Below are positions 38,803-49,913 of a DNA stretch of 64,000 bases, piece by piece. The notes beneath the pieces are model-generated. The model saw nothing but the letters and a program-made list of their open reading frames with translations. It did no database searches and was not told where the DNA came from. The stretch's first letter is position 1. Each line of letters starts with the position of its first letter. The position numbers were made by a program, and so were the translations under genes. The stretch comes from a virus (Duplodnaviria; Caudoviricetes): positions 1-64,000 of IMG/VR virus record IMGVR_UViG_3300021387_001666; one strand, 5' to 3'.

Positions 38803-40182
38803 ATGCAAAATTATAAAAGGGGTCAATATGACTTTGTTGTAGATTCAAATTTCACTCCATTTACCATGCAGGAGATGCTTGCACCTCTTAGCATGTATAA
38901 AGATGCTTATGAGAAGAGTGAAGAGGCCTATACTGACCTCACTGATAAGGCTGACCAGTTTAAGTACTTATCAGAGACTCTTCCTGAGGGCAGTCAGGCA
39001 AGGAAAATATATGAAGGCTATTCCAATGAGCTTAATGCACAAGCCCAAGACTTAGCCCAGAATGGTCTTAACATGGGTAACAGGAGAGCCTTGACCAATT
39101 TGAAAAGAAGATACCAAGGAGAAATAGGAAGGCTTGTAAGTGCTGATGCTGCCATGCGAGAGGAAAGGAAGCTTCGTAGAACTATGAATGCCAAGGACTC
39201 CAGTATGCTCTATGCTATGGATAATTTGAGTATAGATGATTTTATGGATGGAAATACTCCTAACCTCTATAACATCAGTGGTACAGAACTCTACACTAGA
39301 GGAGCAGCTGCTGGTAAGGCTGCATCATCAAGAGTGTATCAGGCAGGTGATGAAGGTTCTACACTTGGCGGCTACTATAGAAAGTGGGTAGAAAGGAATG
39401 GATACTCCAAAGAGAGTATGGATGCTTTCAGAGCAAATGCAGCTACTATACCAGAGCTTCAGCAAGCAGCTGATGCTATTCTTGCAGAGAGAGGAGTAAC
39501 TGAAAATCTGACAGGCAACAACCTTGAAAGAGCAAGGCAGTCTGTACTCAATGGTATCATTGATGGTGCAGTCTATCAGGAAAGTATCAAACCAGTGAGA
39601 GATGAGGGTAGAATGAGTGCAGCACAAGCAGCTAGTAATGCTTTAGGCTGGGCTAATCATAATGAGAGTGTGAGGATGCATAATCTGCAACTGAAAATGT
39701 CAGGCTATGATGAAAATGGTGTCTATCATCCTGAGAATGACCAGACCCTAAAGAAAGCACAAGCTGTTGCAGCAGCCAAAGGAAGTTCTGGTGGCAGTAG
39801 AGGAGGTAGCACCATGAAGGATACTCAAACCTCTGGCAGGGTAAGACTCACATGGAATGGTAATAATCCTAATGATACCAATGGTGATGCAGATGATGAT
39901 TACACTGTAGAAGCAGTAGCCAATGATAACACTGAACATCCTGGAGTTCTTTATAGTTATGACAGGCTTCCTACCTATGTAAAGAAAGCTATTGCTCCAT
40001 TGGTAGGTGATGGTAAACAGCATCTGTATGATTATTATTTCAAGCCATACGAAGGAGGATTCTTCGATGATAGTGAAGCAAGTGTAGAGCTTGTGCCTAG
40101 AAAGATTATCACCCAGAATAGAAATGGTTCAACCTCTGATGGAGGTAGTGATGATGGAGGTTTAAATGATATTCCAGAATAA
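38803..40182 (+). CDS. Virion cargo/ejection protein 2
   Basis: F.PFTMQEM.AP N-terminus, helical; synteny. Confidence 0.7.
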   Translation: MQNYKRGQYDFVVDSNFTPFTMQEMLAPLSMYKDAYEKSEEAYTDLTDKADQFKYLSETLPEGSQARKIYEGYSNELNAQAQDLAQNGLNMGNRRALTNLKRRYQGEIGRLVSADAAMREERKLRRTMNAKDSSMLYAMDNLSIDDFMDGNTPNLYNISGTELYTRGAAAGKAASSRVYQAGDEGSTLGGYYRKWVERNGYSKESMDAFRANAATIPELQQAADAILAERGVTENLTGNNLERARQSVLNGIIDGAVYQESIKPVRDEGRMSAAQAASNALGWANHNESVRMHNLQLKMSGYDENGVYHPENDQTLKKAQAVAAAKGSSGGSRGGSTMKDTQTSGRVRLTWNGNNPNDTNGDADDDYTVEAVANDNTEHPGVLYSYDRLPTYVKKAIAPLVGDGKQHLYDYYFKPYEGGFFDDSEASVELVPRKIITQNRNGSTSDGGSDDGGLNDIPE

Positions 40183-40199
40183 ACTAAAAGAGTATAAGT

Positions 40200-43100
40200 A
40201 TGCCAATTATAACACCACAAGGACTTAAAGGTTTACAGGGAATAGGCAGTCTGTCAAAAGCAGATTATGATGCTTTTGTCAAGAAGAATGATGCCCTGAT
40301 TTCAAGACATGCCTATGACCCATCATATATTAGTAACCTGTATAGCAACAAGCAGTTTATTGACCGCTATGGAGTAGAGCAGTTCAAGGCTATTCCAGAC
40401 TTTGATATGAGGAATAGCCTATTGAGAGAAGATGTGGTTAATGAGGAGTGGGATAATATGTACGGAGATATGGATGACCAGTGGAAGCAGAAGTATGGCA
40501 TGATGTCAACAGATGCCAAGCAGAAGCTGCTGGAAAGTGACTGGTTGACTCCTACAGAATTTGACTCTGAATGGAAGCAGAAGTCTGATGCACTCAGAGG
40601 TATTACTAGAGACAAGAATGGTGGAGTCTCTATTGACCCTTTGAAGAATATTGGGGGACTTTCACAGGCTATGGCTGTATCAGAAGAAACAGGAGAAGCA
40701 GCACTACAGAGAGCTAGAGAAAGAAATAACAGAACACTTGACCATATCTATAATGATGATGTAGATAACTATGCCAAGGCTTTGGGTAATGAAGTGAATA
40801 CTGTATATAGCCAGAGTGATATTACTGGTATGAGTGATGAGCAGGTAAAGCAAGCTTTTGTTCAGGCTATCACCCCTGGTAGCTATGAAGGAAACATGGG
40901 TGTTCCTGAGTATGCCTCTCACTATGGCAATGGCAGTGATGAAGAAATAACCTCAGAGATGGAAGATTTCTCTGTGGATGATATGCGTCAGGTGCTTGCC
41001 AAGAAGAGAGCTTATGAGCAATATATGAGTCCTGATATGGCAGCAACAGCCCTTAATAATGATGCCAAAAGATATATCAAGGAGCATCAGGGAAGTTTCA
41101 AGAGGTTTGGACTATTTGCTAAGGATGTAGGTATTGCTTCTCTTAGTTATACTGCTGACAAGATTAATGGTATCTATAACCTTGGACTGATGGCTGCTGA
41201 TGCTATAGGAGACAAGCCTGTGGTATGGGTAGATGATACTGGTAATGTGGTAGATGCCAATACTATTGTCACAGAACAGAATGGCAGATTTGTCTATGGT
41301 CAAGGAACTGATGGTAAATTGCATCCTGTGCATCAGATGGAGATAGACCGCACTACCCTACATAATATGGGAAAGAATACTGATGGCAGCAATGATGAGA
41401 GTATCTTGAATCCTCTGTACTGGACAAGGGCAGAGCAGTTTGGCACATTGGATGAAGACCTCCAAAGGAAGTATGAAAAATTAGGCAGTAGTCCTTATAA
41501 GGTAGTCTATGACCCTAATGAGGATAGTGACCTGATGTATGAGTCCTTCAAGATGATGTCCTTTGGTTTGGCTGATGGTGCAGCCCAACTGATGCCCTTT
41601 GGTGTTGGTATGTTGGGTAAGACATTGAGCACAGCTAGTAAAGTAGGTAAAATAGGCAGAGGTCTTGGACAGGCATTGAACTGGACAGGCAGGCATCTTA
41701 CAGCACAGACAAAGACAGGTCAGTTAATACAAGGATTGGCAGGTGCGGAAGGTATAGCCTATGCCTATGAAAGGGGAGCTTTCCAAGAAACTCTTGCTCA
41801 GAACTTGGCTAATGCAGAGGAGGCAGCACTTAATAGAAGCAAGCAGGAAATCTATGACCAGTATCAGAATGATGAGCAATATAAGGCTCAGATGGATGCC
41901 CTGATAGATGCCAAAGCAGCCAGTATGAAGGCAGAGTATATAGCAGCATTGGGCGAAGGTGGCCAACAAAGAATTGTTGACAATGCCAAATTGGATGAGA
42001 TGCTGAGAGCCAGAGCACAACAGACAGTAATGGGTGAAGCAGTGCAGAGGAGACTGGATGAAATAAAGGGTTCTGATGAATATGTAGCCCTTCAGGAAGA
42101 GGCCATCAATTCAGCAGGGGATGCTGCTACAGCTACTTTTCTGCCAGAAGCCATTAAGTATGGACTGGTAAATACTGTTGGTTTCAGGAAATGGATGTAT
42201 AGCAATCCTACTGGCTTAAGGAATAAGGTAGCAGCAGGTCTGCAAGGATTAAGGGAAATTACTACTCCAGCAGGTAGACAGAGACTTGTAACAGAGGGAA
42301 GCAAGTTCTTGACCAGAGGACAGAAGTGGAAGCAGTTTGGTAAGACAGCAAGTAGTCAGATATGGGGAGGTGCTTGGACTAATGGTACTGATGATATGAT
42401 GGTTGATGCTGCTGAGAGAATCAATGAGGACAGTTTTGCCAGATACCTCCATGCTTTTGAGAACGGAGAGGCTATGGCAGATACCTATGGTTTTGCTGAT
42501 GGCTTGTATTCTTATTGGAAAGGACTGAATAACTCTTTAGGTCAGGAGACCACATGGAATGCTGCTACTGTCGGTGGATTAGGTTCTGTACTGAGCTTTA
42601 CTCCTAATATGGCAAATATAGCCCATCTTGCTACTAAGGAAGGCAGAGAAGCCTATAGGAATAACTTTAAGCGTGAGGCACTGAGAAATGAGGATGGTAC
42701 TGTAAAAAGGGATGAGCAAGGTAATATTCAGTATAAGGAAGTTGGTCTTGGTGAGAATTGGAGAGATAGGGCTAACTACTTTATTCAGAACGGTGTACTA
42801 AATACTTATTATGGAGCCAAGCAGAATGAAAGAGACCTTCAGCAACATGCAGACTATGTGAATAACCTGTTGGATGATTATGATGACTTCAAGGTTATTG
42901 AGGAACTAATCAACTCAGACATTGCTCTGGATAATGCAGAGACTGTAGGAGACCAAAAAACTATGAGGTTTGTCAAAGCCATCAATGCTGCTAATGCTTT
43001 GAACCGTTTGGCACAAAATGAGAATGATCCTACTACCTTAAGTTCTGTGGTACAGAATGCCAAGAGCTTCATACAGAGAGCAGCACAGATGCAGATGGAA

Positions 43101-46100
43101 GGAGAGAATGCCTTCACTGAGGAAGAGATGAACAATATGCTGGCTCAGTATTATGCTGCTAATCCTGGAGTGATACAGAGTGACTATCAAAACCAATTGG
43201 CTCTATATCAGATTAGTCAGAATGCCCAGAAGTTACAGGAGGCATCAGAGGCTTATGATAAGGCAGAAGAGCAGATTACCAAAATAGAAAGGAACCTTGG
43301 TAAGAGACTTGATCCTGCTGTAAGGGCTAAGATGAAGATGAATCAGGCTCTTGATGGCCATTGGAGAGAAAGAGTCAAGACCATGCAAAGTGAAATAGAT
43401 GATGCTTCAGACATTACAGGTGAGGTCAGTGAGGAAAATCTTATTCCTTCCGTTGGTGGCAGGAAGAATGCAGAGGCCCTTGTTACTGTATATGACAAGC
43501 AGATTGCAGAGCTTCAGAAGGAGATAGGAGAACAGCAGAAGCAGACACAGGAACTCAAGAATAAACTGGATGAAGCGAGAAGGAATAGGGAAACTGCTAA
43601 AACCAGTGATGAGGAGTATGCTACCCAGAAGATTTTAGAGGATGCTCAGTCAAAATATGATGATGCTGTGCAGCAGGAGAAGTATCTGTCTGACTTGATG
43701 TCTCTGACTTCAGAAAAGCAAAATAAAACTATACAGGCTCTTAAGAATCAGCAGACAGATGAAAGAGGAAAGTATATAGACAAAGTTCTGACTGCTGATG
43801 AGATATTTACCTTAGATCCTGTGACCAGAGCAAAGATGCTTAATCCTGAGAATAGAAATCTCTATAGTGATGCCCAGCAGAGGGAAATCTCCAAGTTGGA
43901 GCAGAGGCTACTGATGAGGGATGGTGATGCCTTGAGCAAAGTGCAGGATATTGCAAAACTGGCTCAGAGAATTGCCACTAATGAAGATGCCTATAGCAGA
44001 CTGGCACAAAACCCAGATGCTGCTGCTGTAGCCTTGGAGAGTCAGAGAGCACAAGCTGCTGATACTGCCTATAAACTGATGAATCAGAGAAATGCTGAGA
44101 CTATAGCAGATTTTGTGAATCAGTTTGAGGAAGGTATGAAAGGACATAATGAAGTTTCTCAGGATACTAAGAATGAATTTGTATTCAGGACACTTAGGAA
44201 GTTCAGTCCTACCTTGTTAGATATTGTAGAGGAAGATAACATGTTGCCTTGGTACCAGCAACAGGTACAGGATGCAAAAGAATGGGGCAAGGCTGTAGCA
44301 GACATTGATGCAGTAATAAACAATACTGAAGAAAGTATAGCATGGAAGAATAATGTCAGTCAGGCTATTGCTGGTGTGGTGGAGAATGCTATCAACAGAG
44401 ATGGTATTTTGACAAATTTGGAGAAAGCCATTGATGATGTGCAGAACCCTCAAGTAGCTCAGGATTTTGAGAAAGTGCTAAGTGGCCTGGAACAGTTGGG
44501 CTATCAGAGAGATGCTACTATCATTGAGAATAGGAAGCAGAGGAAACAGCGTGAGGAAGCAGAGGCTCAGAGGAAGAAAGATGCAGAGGAAGATGCTAAA
44601 ATAGCTGCTGCTGAAGCACAGGCTGCTGCACAAGAGGCTGCTAATGCTCAACAGGCACAGGTAGTAAATGCTGACGGCAGTAATCTTCAGAGTCCTTGGG
44701 AAGTTGCTCCTATAGACCAAAGTGAGGGTACTGCCGAACAAAGGGGAGAGTTGTCTGAGACTATTGATTTATCAGAAGAAACCCCTTCTCATAATGAGCT
44801 GGAAATAGAAGTTCCAACATTAGAAGGAGGTACTAGAAAGATTAATGCAGAAAAAATTAATTACTCGGATTTAAAGAAGGGAGATGCTGTATGGTATAGC
44901 GGTCCTGAGACACCTGCTCCCATTAATAGGGCAATAGTTGATGCAGTCGATAACAAAGATGTGTATTCATCAGAGGGCCTAATTCCTAAAAATAGAATCT
45001 ATTATAGGGAAGGTAATTCTCAAGTCAAAAGTAATAAAGAGGTAACTCCTGTCGTTACTAATAGTGTGGAAGAACAATTGGTTATTGACAATGGAGACAG
45101 TGTACAAGGCAAATCTGCTACTATTGATGAACAAATGAGTGAGACTGGTGATGGTAAGGAAGTACATAGCTCCGATGTAAACATAGACTATGCTGCTCAG
45201 AATGGTACTGGTGAACATGTAATTGAGACCAGTGCTACCTCATTGAGTGGCAATGCTATGTCTGAATGGAAACCAGGACCTCTTAAGAGTGATGGTAAAT
45301 TAGAGCATAAGCATGGTGAAAGACCAGATGATTCCATGAGTAAATATTATGCTTGGATTGAGACTGCTGGTATTAAGCTTCAGAATATCATTGATCAAGA
45401 ATTAGGCCAGATACTCAGACAGAATTCTCATGCCAAGGTAAAGTTTATGGTGGTAAGACCTGAGAGCAATGCCACTAATGATGGGGATATGAAAACCCAT
45501 TTAATGTTGGTATTGGACTATGACAACAAGATAAACAAAGGTATTACCCATATCCATAATGAAGGGAATGGTGGGGTTATTGAGAGTCAGGGTAAGCAGT
45601 ATCTGGTAATTGGTACTGCTGGTTATGGGAGCAGGAATGCTGATAAACAGGTTCTGTATGATACACTATTTAGTAATAATCCAAAGAGTCCTAATGGCTA
45701 TGGACTAGTGAAAAGAGGACTTGGAGAGTTCTGGAAAAATAATCCTTCAGAGAGATTTTATGTACATCCTATCTTGGAAACTGAGGTTGTACCTATGTCA
45801 TTGATTCCTGGTTACATAGTGAAACAACTGGAAAGTGACAGTAATCCTGAGTTTAGAAGTGTTAGGGAGTTATTGGCTGACCCTATAAGAAATCCCCTTG
45901 GATTGGAAATGAATGATCTTGGCTTTGGTATTCAGGAATTGACTAAGTTCATGGTGGTTGGTGCAAGTCTTGATAGGGTAATGGTTCCAAGGAATGTGGA
46001 TAGGAATGCTGGTAGTGCCTTTGTATTAATTCCTGCTAGTAATGGTAAAATGGTTCCAAGTTACTTGAAGCCTTTGTTCTACAATGAGATGAATGATGGG

Positions 46101-47351
46101 GCTTTGAAGAACAGGGTGATTGATTTGCTAAATGAAGTTACTGCTCCTGATTATGTTGCAAGACTTCAGGCTGTAGAGAATTTGAGTAGGATATTTCATT
46201 TTGACAAAGAAGGTAATACTATTCTTTTAATGAAGAGCAAGCCTGTATTGTCATTAGTCAGGGATGGTAAGCCTTTCAAGACCTTTACATTGGACAGTAA
46301 CTTTGACAGGCAGGTATTTATAGAGGCATTTAGTGAAATGAATCCAAGAGTAAATATCACTAAGTCTGTACTTCAGAGTAATGTATTGTTACAGCAGTAT
46401 GATGAAGCAGGAGCCTTGCAGACAGATATTGCTCAACTTGCTACTGCTGGCAGTTCCTATAGTATCTATGGATTGGATGCTCAGGGTAAGATGCTTCAGC
46501 CTGAGACTGTGAATAATGATATTCCAAGGACAGGCAGGAATTCTGACTTTAGGAATGGTGACAGGACTCAGGTGGTATTTAAGCATCAGTACTATAACTA
46601 TGATGTTAATGGGGGAAGATATTATTTGAATGGTATTTCTGTGATGGATGAAATTCTGGTAAGACACTTGGATTATAATAGAAGGATTATTGAAACTGGT
46701 CTGTCTCCTATAGAAAGTAATGGTGTGTGGAGTACTTATATTTTAGGTAACAAAGAGCATCCTGAGGCTGTAAGGGTGCATAGGAATACTAAGGAGGTTC
46801 AGGAGATTCCTGATGCAGAAGCTATACAGATTATAGAGCGTGTGGAGAAGGAACAGCAAGACAAGGAGAGAGCAGAAGCTGCAAGAAAGGCTATGGAGCC
46901 TAAGAAAGCAGAAGATGTTGAACTTGGTATGGAAGAACCAGGTTTAGTGGTGGATGATGAGACTGGAGAATTGGTTACTCCTGATGAACTCAGGCAAAGA
47001 CAGACTGAAAGGAATGCCCAGCTTGAGGAAAAAGAGAAGAAAGAGGGAGAGGGAGAAACCTCTGCTGAACAACTAAGTAATCAGTCTGACAAACTTCACA
47101 GGAGTGGAGCAGAACTTAGTAATGCTGTATCTGCTGCTACTCAGAACTTTACTGATTTGACTAAGAGTAAAGTATTCAAGCCATTTATGAAAAGGTTCAG
47201 GAGTATTATTCAACAGAAGTGGCCAGATGCTCCAAGTAAGGTAGTAGAATTGGAGAGATTCCTAAGAGACAAGAATATTGAGGTAGATGTCATTGGTACA
47301 TCAGAAACAGATATTCAAGTCTGGCTTGATACTATAAAGAATTGTAGGTAA
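40200..47351 (+). CDS. Giant (2383 aa) virion cargo/ejection protein
   Basis: Long helical protein with Gly/Ala-rich segments after muzzle and cargo genes; no RNAP motif seen. Confidence 0.7.
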   Translation: MPIITPQGLKGLQGIGSLSKADYDAFVKKNDALISRHAYDPSYISNLYSNKQFIDRYGVEQFKAIPDFDMRNSLLREDVVNEEWDNMYGDMDDQWKQKYGMMSTDAKQKLLESDWLTPTEFDSEWKQKSDALRGITRDKNGGVSIDPLKNIGGLSQAMAVSEETGEAALQRARERNNRTLDHIYNDDVDNYAKALGNEVNTVYSQSDITGMSDEQVKQAFVQAITPGSYEGNMGVPEYASHYGNGSDEEITSEMEDFSVDDMRQVLAKKRAYEQYMSPDMAATALNNDAKRYIKEHQGSFKRFGLFAKDVGIASLSYTADKINGIYNLGLMAADAIGDKPVVWVDDTGNVVDANTIVTEQNGRFVYGQGTDGKLHPVHQMEIDRTTLHNMGKNTDGSNDESILNPLYWTRAEQFGTLDEDLQRKYEKLGSSPYKVVYDPNEDSDLMYESFKMMSFGLADGAAQLMPFGVGMLGKTLSTASKVGKIGRGLGQALNWTGRHLTAQTKTGQLIQGLAGAEGIAYAYERGAFQETLAQNLANAEEAALNRSKQEIYDQYQNDEQYKAQMDALIDAKAASMKAEYIAALGEGGQQRIVDNAKLDEMLRARAQQTVMGEAVQRRLDEIKGSDEYVALQEEAINSAGDAATATFLPEAIKYGLVNTVGFRKWMYSNPTGLRNKVAAGLQGLREITTPAGRQRLVTEGSKFLTRGQKWKQFGKTASSQIWGGAWTNGTDDMMVDAAERINEDSFARYLHAFENGEAMADTYGFADGLYSYWKGLNNSLGQETTWNAATVGGLGSVLSFTPNMANIAHLATKEGREAYRNNFKREALRNEDGTVKRDEQGNIQYKEVGLGENWRDRANYFIQNGVLNTYYGAKQNERDLQQHADYVNNLLDDYDDFKVIEELINSDIALDNAETVGDQKTMRFVKAINAANALNRLAQNENDPTTLSSVVQNAKSFIQRAAQMQMEGENAFTEEEMNNMLAQYYAANPGVIQSDYQNQLALYQISQNAQKLQEASEAYDKAEEQITKIERNLGKRLDPAVRAKMKMNQALDGHWRERVKTMQSEIDDASDITGEVSEENLIPSVGGRKNAEALVTVYDKQIAELQKEIGEQQKQTQELKNKLDEARRNRETAKTSDEEYATQKILEDAQSKYDDAVQQEKYLSDLMSLTSEKQNKTIQALKNQQTDERGKYIDKVLTADEIFTLDPVTRAKMLNPENRNLYSDAQQREISKLEQRLLMRDGDALSKVQDIAKLAQRIATNEDAYSRLAQNPDAAAVALESQRAQAADTAYKLMNQRNAETIADFVNQFEEGMKGHNEVSQDTKNEFVFRTLRKFSPTLLDIVEEDNMLPWYQQQVQDAKEWGKAVADIDAVINNTEESIAWKNNVSQAIAGVVENAINRDGILTNLEKAIDDVQNPQVAQDFEKVLSGLEQLGYQRDATIIENRKQRKQREEAEAQRKKDAEEDAKIAAAEAQAAAQEAANAQQAQVVNADGSNLQSPWEVAPIDQSEGTAEQRGELSETIDLSEETPSHNELEIEVPTLEGGTRKINAEKINYSDLKKGDAVWYSGPETPAPINRAIVDAVDNKDVYSSEGLIPKNRIYYREGNSQVKSNKEVTPVVTNSVEEQLVIDNGDSVQGKSATIDEQMSETGDGKEVHSSDVNIDYAAQNGTGEHVIETSATSLSGNAMSEWKPGPLKSDGKLEHKHGERPDDSMSKYYAWIETAGIKLQNIIDQELGQILRQNSHAKVKFMVVRPESNATNDGDMKTHLMLVLDYDNKINKGITHIHNEGNGGVIESQGKQYLVIGTAGYGSRNADKQVLYDTLFSNNPKSPNGYGLVKRGLGEFWKNNPSERFYVHPILETEVVPMSLIPGYIVKQLESDSNPEFRSVRELLADPIRNPLGLEMNDLGFGIQELTKFMVVGASLDRVMVPRNVDRNAGSAFVLIPASNGKMVPSYLKPLFYNEMNDGALKNRVIDLLNEVTAPDYVARLQAVENLSRIFHFDKEGNTILLMKSKPVLSLVRDGKPFKTFTLDSNFDRQVFIEAFSEMNPRVNITKSVLQSNVLLQQYDEAGALQTDIAQLATAGSSYSIYGLDAQGKMLQPETVNNDIPRTGRNSDFRNGDRTQVVFKHQYYNYDVNGGRYYLNGISVMDEILVRHLDYNRRIIETGLSPIESNGVWSTYILGNKEHPEAVRVHRNTKEVQEIPDAEAIQIIERVEKEQQDKERAEAARKAMEPKKAEDVELGMEEPGLVVDDETGELVTPDELRQRQTERNAQLEEKEKKEGEGETSAEQLSNQSDKLHRSGAELSNAVSAATQNFTDLTKSKVFKPFMKRFRSIIQQKWPDAPSKVVELERFLRDKNIEVDVIGTSETDIQVWLDTIKNCR

Positions 47352-47353
47352 AG

Positions 47354-47386
47354 AAAAGAGGAAGTCATTTGGCTTCCTCTTTTTTA
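47354..47386. terminator. Bidirectional intrinsic terminator
   Basis: AAAAGAGGAAGTC-ATTT-GGCTTCCTCTTTTT between convergent genes. Confidence 0.85.
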
Positions 47387-47399
47387 TTTTTATAGGATT

Positions 47400-47612
47400 T
47401 TACTTATTCTTAGTAATACTATCTGCTTGTTCCCAAGTTAAATCTCCTTGAACCCCCTTCATCATTTCCTCCTGGGATAGATTAAATTCCTCCATAAATA
47501 CAGTATCAACAGGGACATCTTCTACTGTTTCACTCATGTTGTCTTCTGTAATATAATAAGATAGGATGGTGATTATCAAAACTCCTATTATTACAAAACT
47601 TTTCTTTTTCAT
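47400..47612 (-). CDS. Small membrane-anchored acidic protein (70 aa)
   Basis: MKKKSFVIIGVLIITILSYY; start reassigned to ATG 47612. Confidence 0.7.
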   Translation of the reverse strand: MKKKSFVIIGVLIITILSYYITEDNMSETVEDVPVDTVFMEEFNLSQEEMMKGVQGDLTWEQADSITKNK

Positions 47613-47619
47613 ATAATTA

Positions 47620-49911
47620 TTATTTTGGTCCTTTACCATTCTTATACCAATATTTTCCTGATGTTTCCCACCAGTCCTTAACAGCAGGGATTTGCCATGC
47701 TGTTTTACCAGCAGAATTAACATCTTTAGTATGCTTGGAATTTCCAGTATTATAATCTCCTTGGGCATAATACCTGAAAGCATCTAGTAAAGGAGGGGTA
47801 TTTCTATCTACATTGGCATTATTATATTGAAAGTTTCTCACTAAGTTTTCAGCAGGAATATAACCAAAAGCTGTAAAATAATTAGTATTACCTAATGCTC
47901 TATTATATATAGCATTTCCATCCTTATAGTTAAAATAAGGCATAGCCCCATTATGTGTTTCCTGAGTAGATAGTCCAAGCATCTCATTCATATTAATTTG
48001 TCTGGGAGCACCATATCTACTTCTTTTCTTGCGAGGATGTTCAGACAGTTGAGGGTTTCTATTATAAATACCTGCATATTTAGCCAGACTATCCAAGACA
48101 TTGGTTGAAGTAGTACTACCATTAATAAGAATAGATTTCTCAGGGATAAAAGGAATATCAAAGACAGGATTAGATGCTCCATTCTGAGCAGCATTATCTA
48201 CTATCTTTAGTTTCATCTGCCTTTCCAACCTCTCACTATCATTCTTTGTCTTTGAGGTATTTGGTCTTTGCCTCTTTGGAACCAGTTTCAATTCTTGTTT
48301 GTTTGGATAAACAGCTTTAATTACTTCAGCAGGCTTTCCTCTGTAAGTATATTGTTTTGATTTTTTCTCTGGTTCAGAAGAGAATAAACCTTTTAGCCAT
48401 TCTAAGAAACCACCATCTTCATATGTATTAGTCATAGCCATATCTACCATTGGCTCTTGAAGGGATCCTCCAAGTCCATGCTTCCAGTGTCTGCTATTCA
48501 GTGCAAAGGTAGCCATCTTCTTTTGAGCAGGAGTACCATGCTCCTTAAACCATGTGGCAGAATGACCTGTCCTCTCCTTCAGAGCGGTAAACTTTCCTCT
48601 ATTCTCTGGCTTGATATGGATTTTACCTCCTGAATCATACAGACTCATCATTTGGGCCACCTCTTTATAGTGCTCTCCAAAATACTTTGCATCATCCTCA
48701 TTATCAAATTTTATGGATTGCATATAGCTTCTCTGATCATTCTCAGGAGACCACACATTGTCTATAAATGCAAGGCCTCTGCCAGTATCTTGTATTTGAG
48801 GAGTTACCAGATTTTCATAAGACCCCACATATACATTGCCTCTTTTAGGTTCTCCAATACCTTTGTCATATTCATATTCCCCAGGCCATGTATAGCTTCT
48901 GGTGTCATAGTTAGTCATCCTCCTGGCAGTAGGATTGCCAAAATTGGCACTAATAGCCAGCTTTGACTTCATCATTCCAGTCATTGCAGGATTGGTATCT
49001 CCACCCTCAGCAAACTCATTATATTTGTCTTTGATTTCTTGAAGATTGGTAATACCGTTACTAACAGCTACCTTTATCATAGCAGCTTTCTCATTCATGG
49101 AAAGATTCTCCCATGCGTTTTTAGGTTGATACAAATAACCTCCTTCAGACATCTGTTTGATTGGTATATTGACTATAGGTTTACTAATTTTGAGTGCATC
49201 AGGTTGTTCAGTATGAGATGGGGCACTAACATTAAAGTTAGGTTTATAATCATCAGAATTTAGATTATATTTAGAGAAATATTGTTGCTTCCATTCCATT
49301 CGTTTCTGTGGAGAACCGATATATCTGAATGCAGTAGGAGTCCCAAGAGCATCTGATAAACTACTTAGTCTCTCATTTTTCTTCATTGTTGGGATAGTAT
49401 CTCCTTTATAAACTATATATGGAACACTATTTCCATTACTGTAGCTAAAAGTAGGCTCCCCTTTAAATGTTCTACCTGTCATAAGTACACTATGATGAGG
49501 TCCAAGTCTTTCGTCAGAAAATTGAACTAAATCTCCTTCTGCAACACTGTCTATTGGGATTACCTCAAATCCAAATTTATCAGGATTTCTTCTAAATGTT
49601 TTATTTCCTGAGACTTTAGCTCCCCTATCATTAAATTGACTAGTAGCAGTATATATACATGTTTCAGGATCAGCTGTTCCAAAGTATTTAATCCTTTCCT
49701 CATCTGACATTCCTATAATGGCAGCAGCAATGCTCCAAGGTGCTCTGCTTGGTATTATGGGGACATTAGGTGCAGTTTGTTGTAAAATATGAGAAGCTGC
49801 TGTACTTCTACTTTTAATAGCTTGCTCCTCTATATAACTTTCTAAAGATGGTATTGTGTAATTACCTTTAGGGGTTACTATTATCTCTCTTGTCAGGTAT
49901 TTCTTTGGCAT
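47620..49911 (-). CDS. Modular polyprotein: NlpC/P60-like N-domain, xxGG-separated modules, SLT/lysozyme-like C-domain
   Basis: ETCIYTAT...GDLVQF..GPHHSVL (Cys/His); IHIKPENRGKFT..FALNSRHWKH module; LSTQETHNG...DYNTG. Confidence 0.65.
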   Translation of the reverse strand: MPKKYLTREIIVTPKGNYTIPSLESYIEEQAIKSRSTAASHILQQTAPNVPIIPSRAPWSIAAAIIGMSDEERIKYFGTADPETCIYTATSQFNDRGAKVSGNKTFRRNPDKFGFEVIPIDSVAEGDLVQFSDERLGPHHSVLMTGRTFKGEPTFSYSNGNSVPYIVYKGDTIPTMKKNERLSSLSDALGTPTAFRYIGSPQKRMEWKQQYFSKYNLNSDDYKPNFNVSAPSHTEQPDALKISKPIVNIPIKQMSEGGYLYQPKNAWENLSMNEKAAMIKVAVSNGITNLQEIKDKYNEFAEGGDTNPAMTGMMKSKLAISANFGNPTARRMTNYDTRSYTWPGEYEYDKGIGEPKRGNVYVGSYENLVTPQIQDTGRGLAFIDNVWSPENDQRSYMQSIKFDNEDDAKYFGEHYKEVAQMMSLYDSGGKIHIKPENRGKFTALKERTGHSATWFKEHGTPAQKKMATFALNSRHWKHGLGGSLQEPMVDMAMTNTYEDGGFLEWLKGLFSSEPEKKSKQYTYRGKPAEVIKAVYPNKQELKLVPKRQRPNTSKTKNDSERLERQMKLKIVDNAAQNGASNPVFDIPFIPEKSILINGSTTSTNVLDSLAKYAGIYNRNPQLSEHPRKKRSRYGAPRQINMNEMLGLSTQETHNGAMPYFNYKDGNAIYNRALGNTNYFTAFGYIPAENLVRNFQYNNANVDRNTPPLLDAFRYYAQGDYNTGNSKHTKDVNSAGKTAWQIPAVKDWWETSGKYWYKNGKGPK

Positions 49912-49913
49912 AT

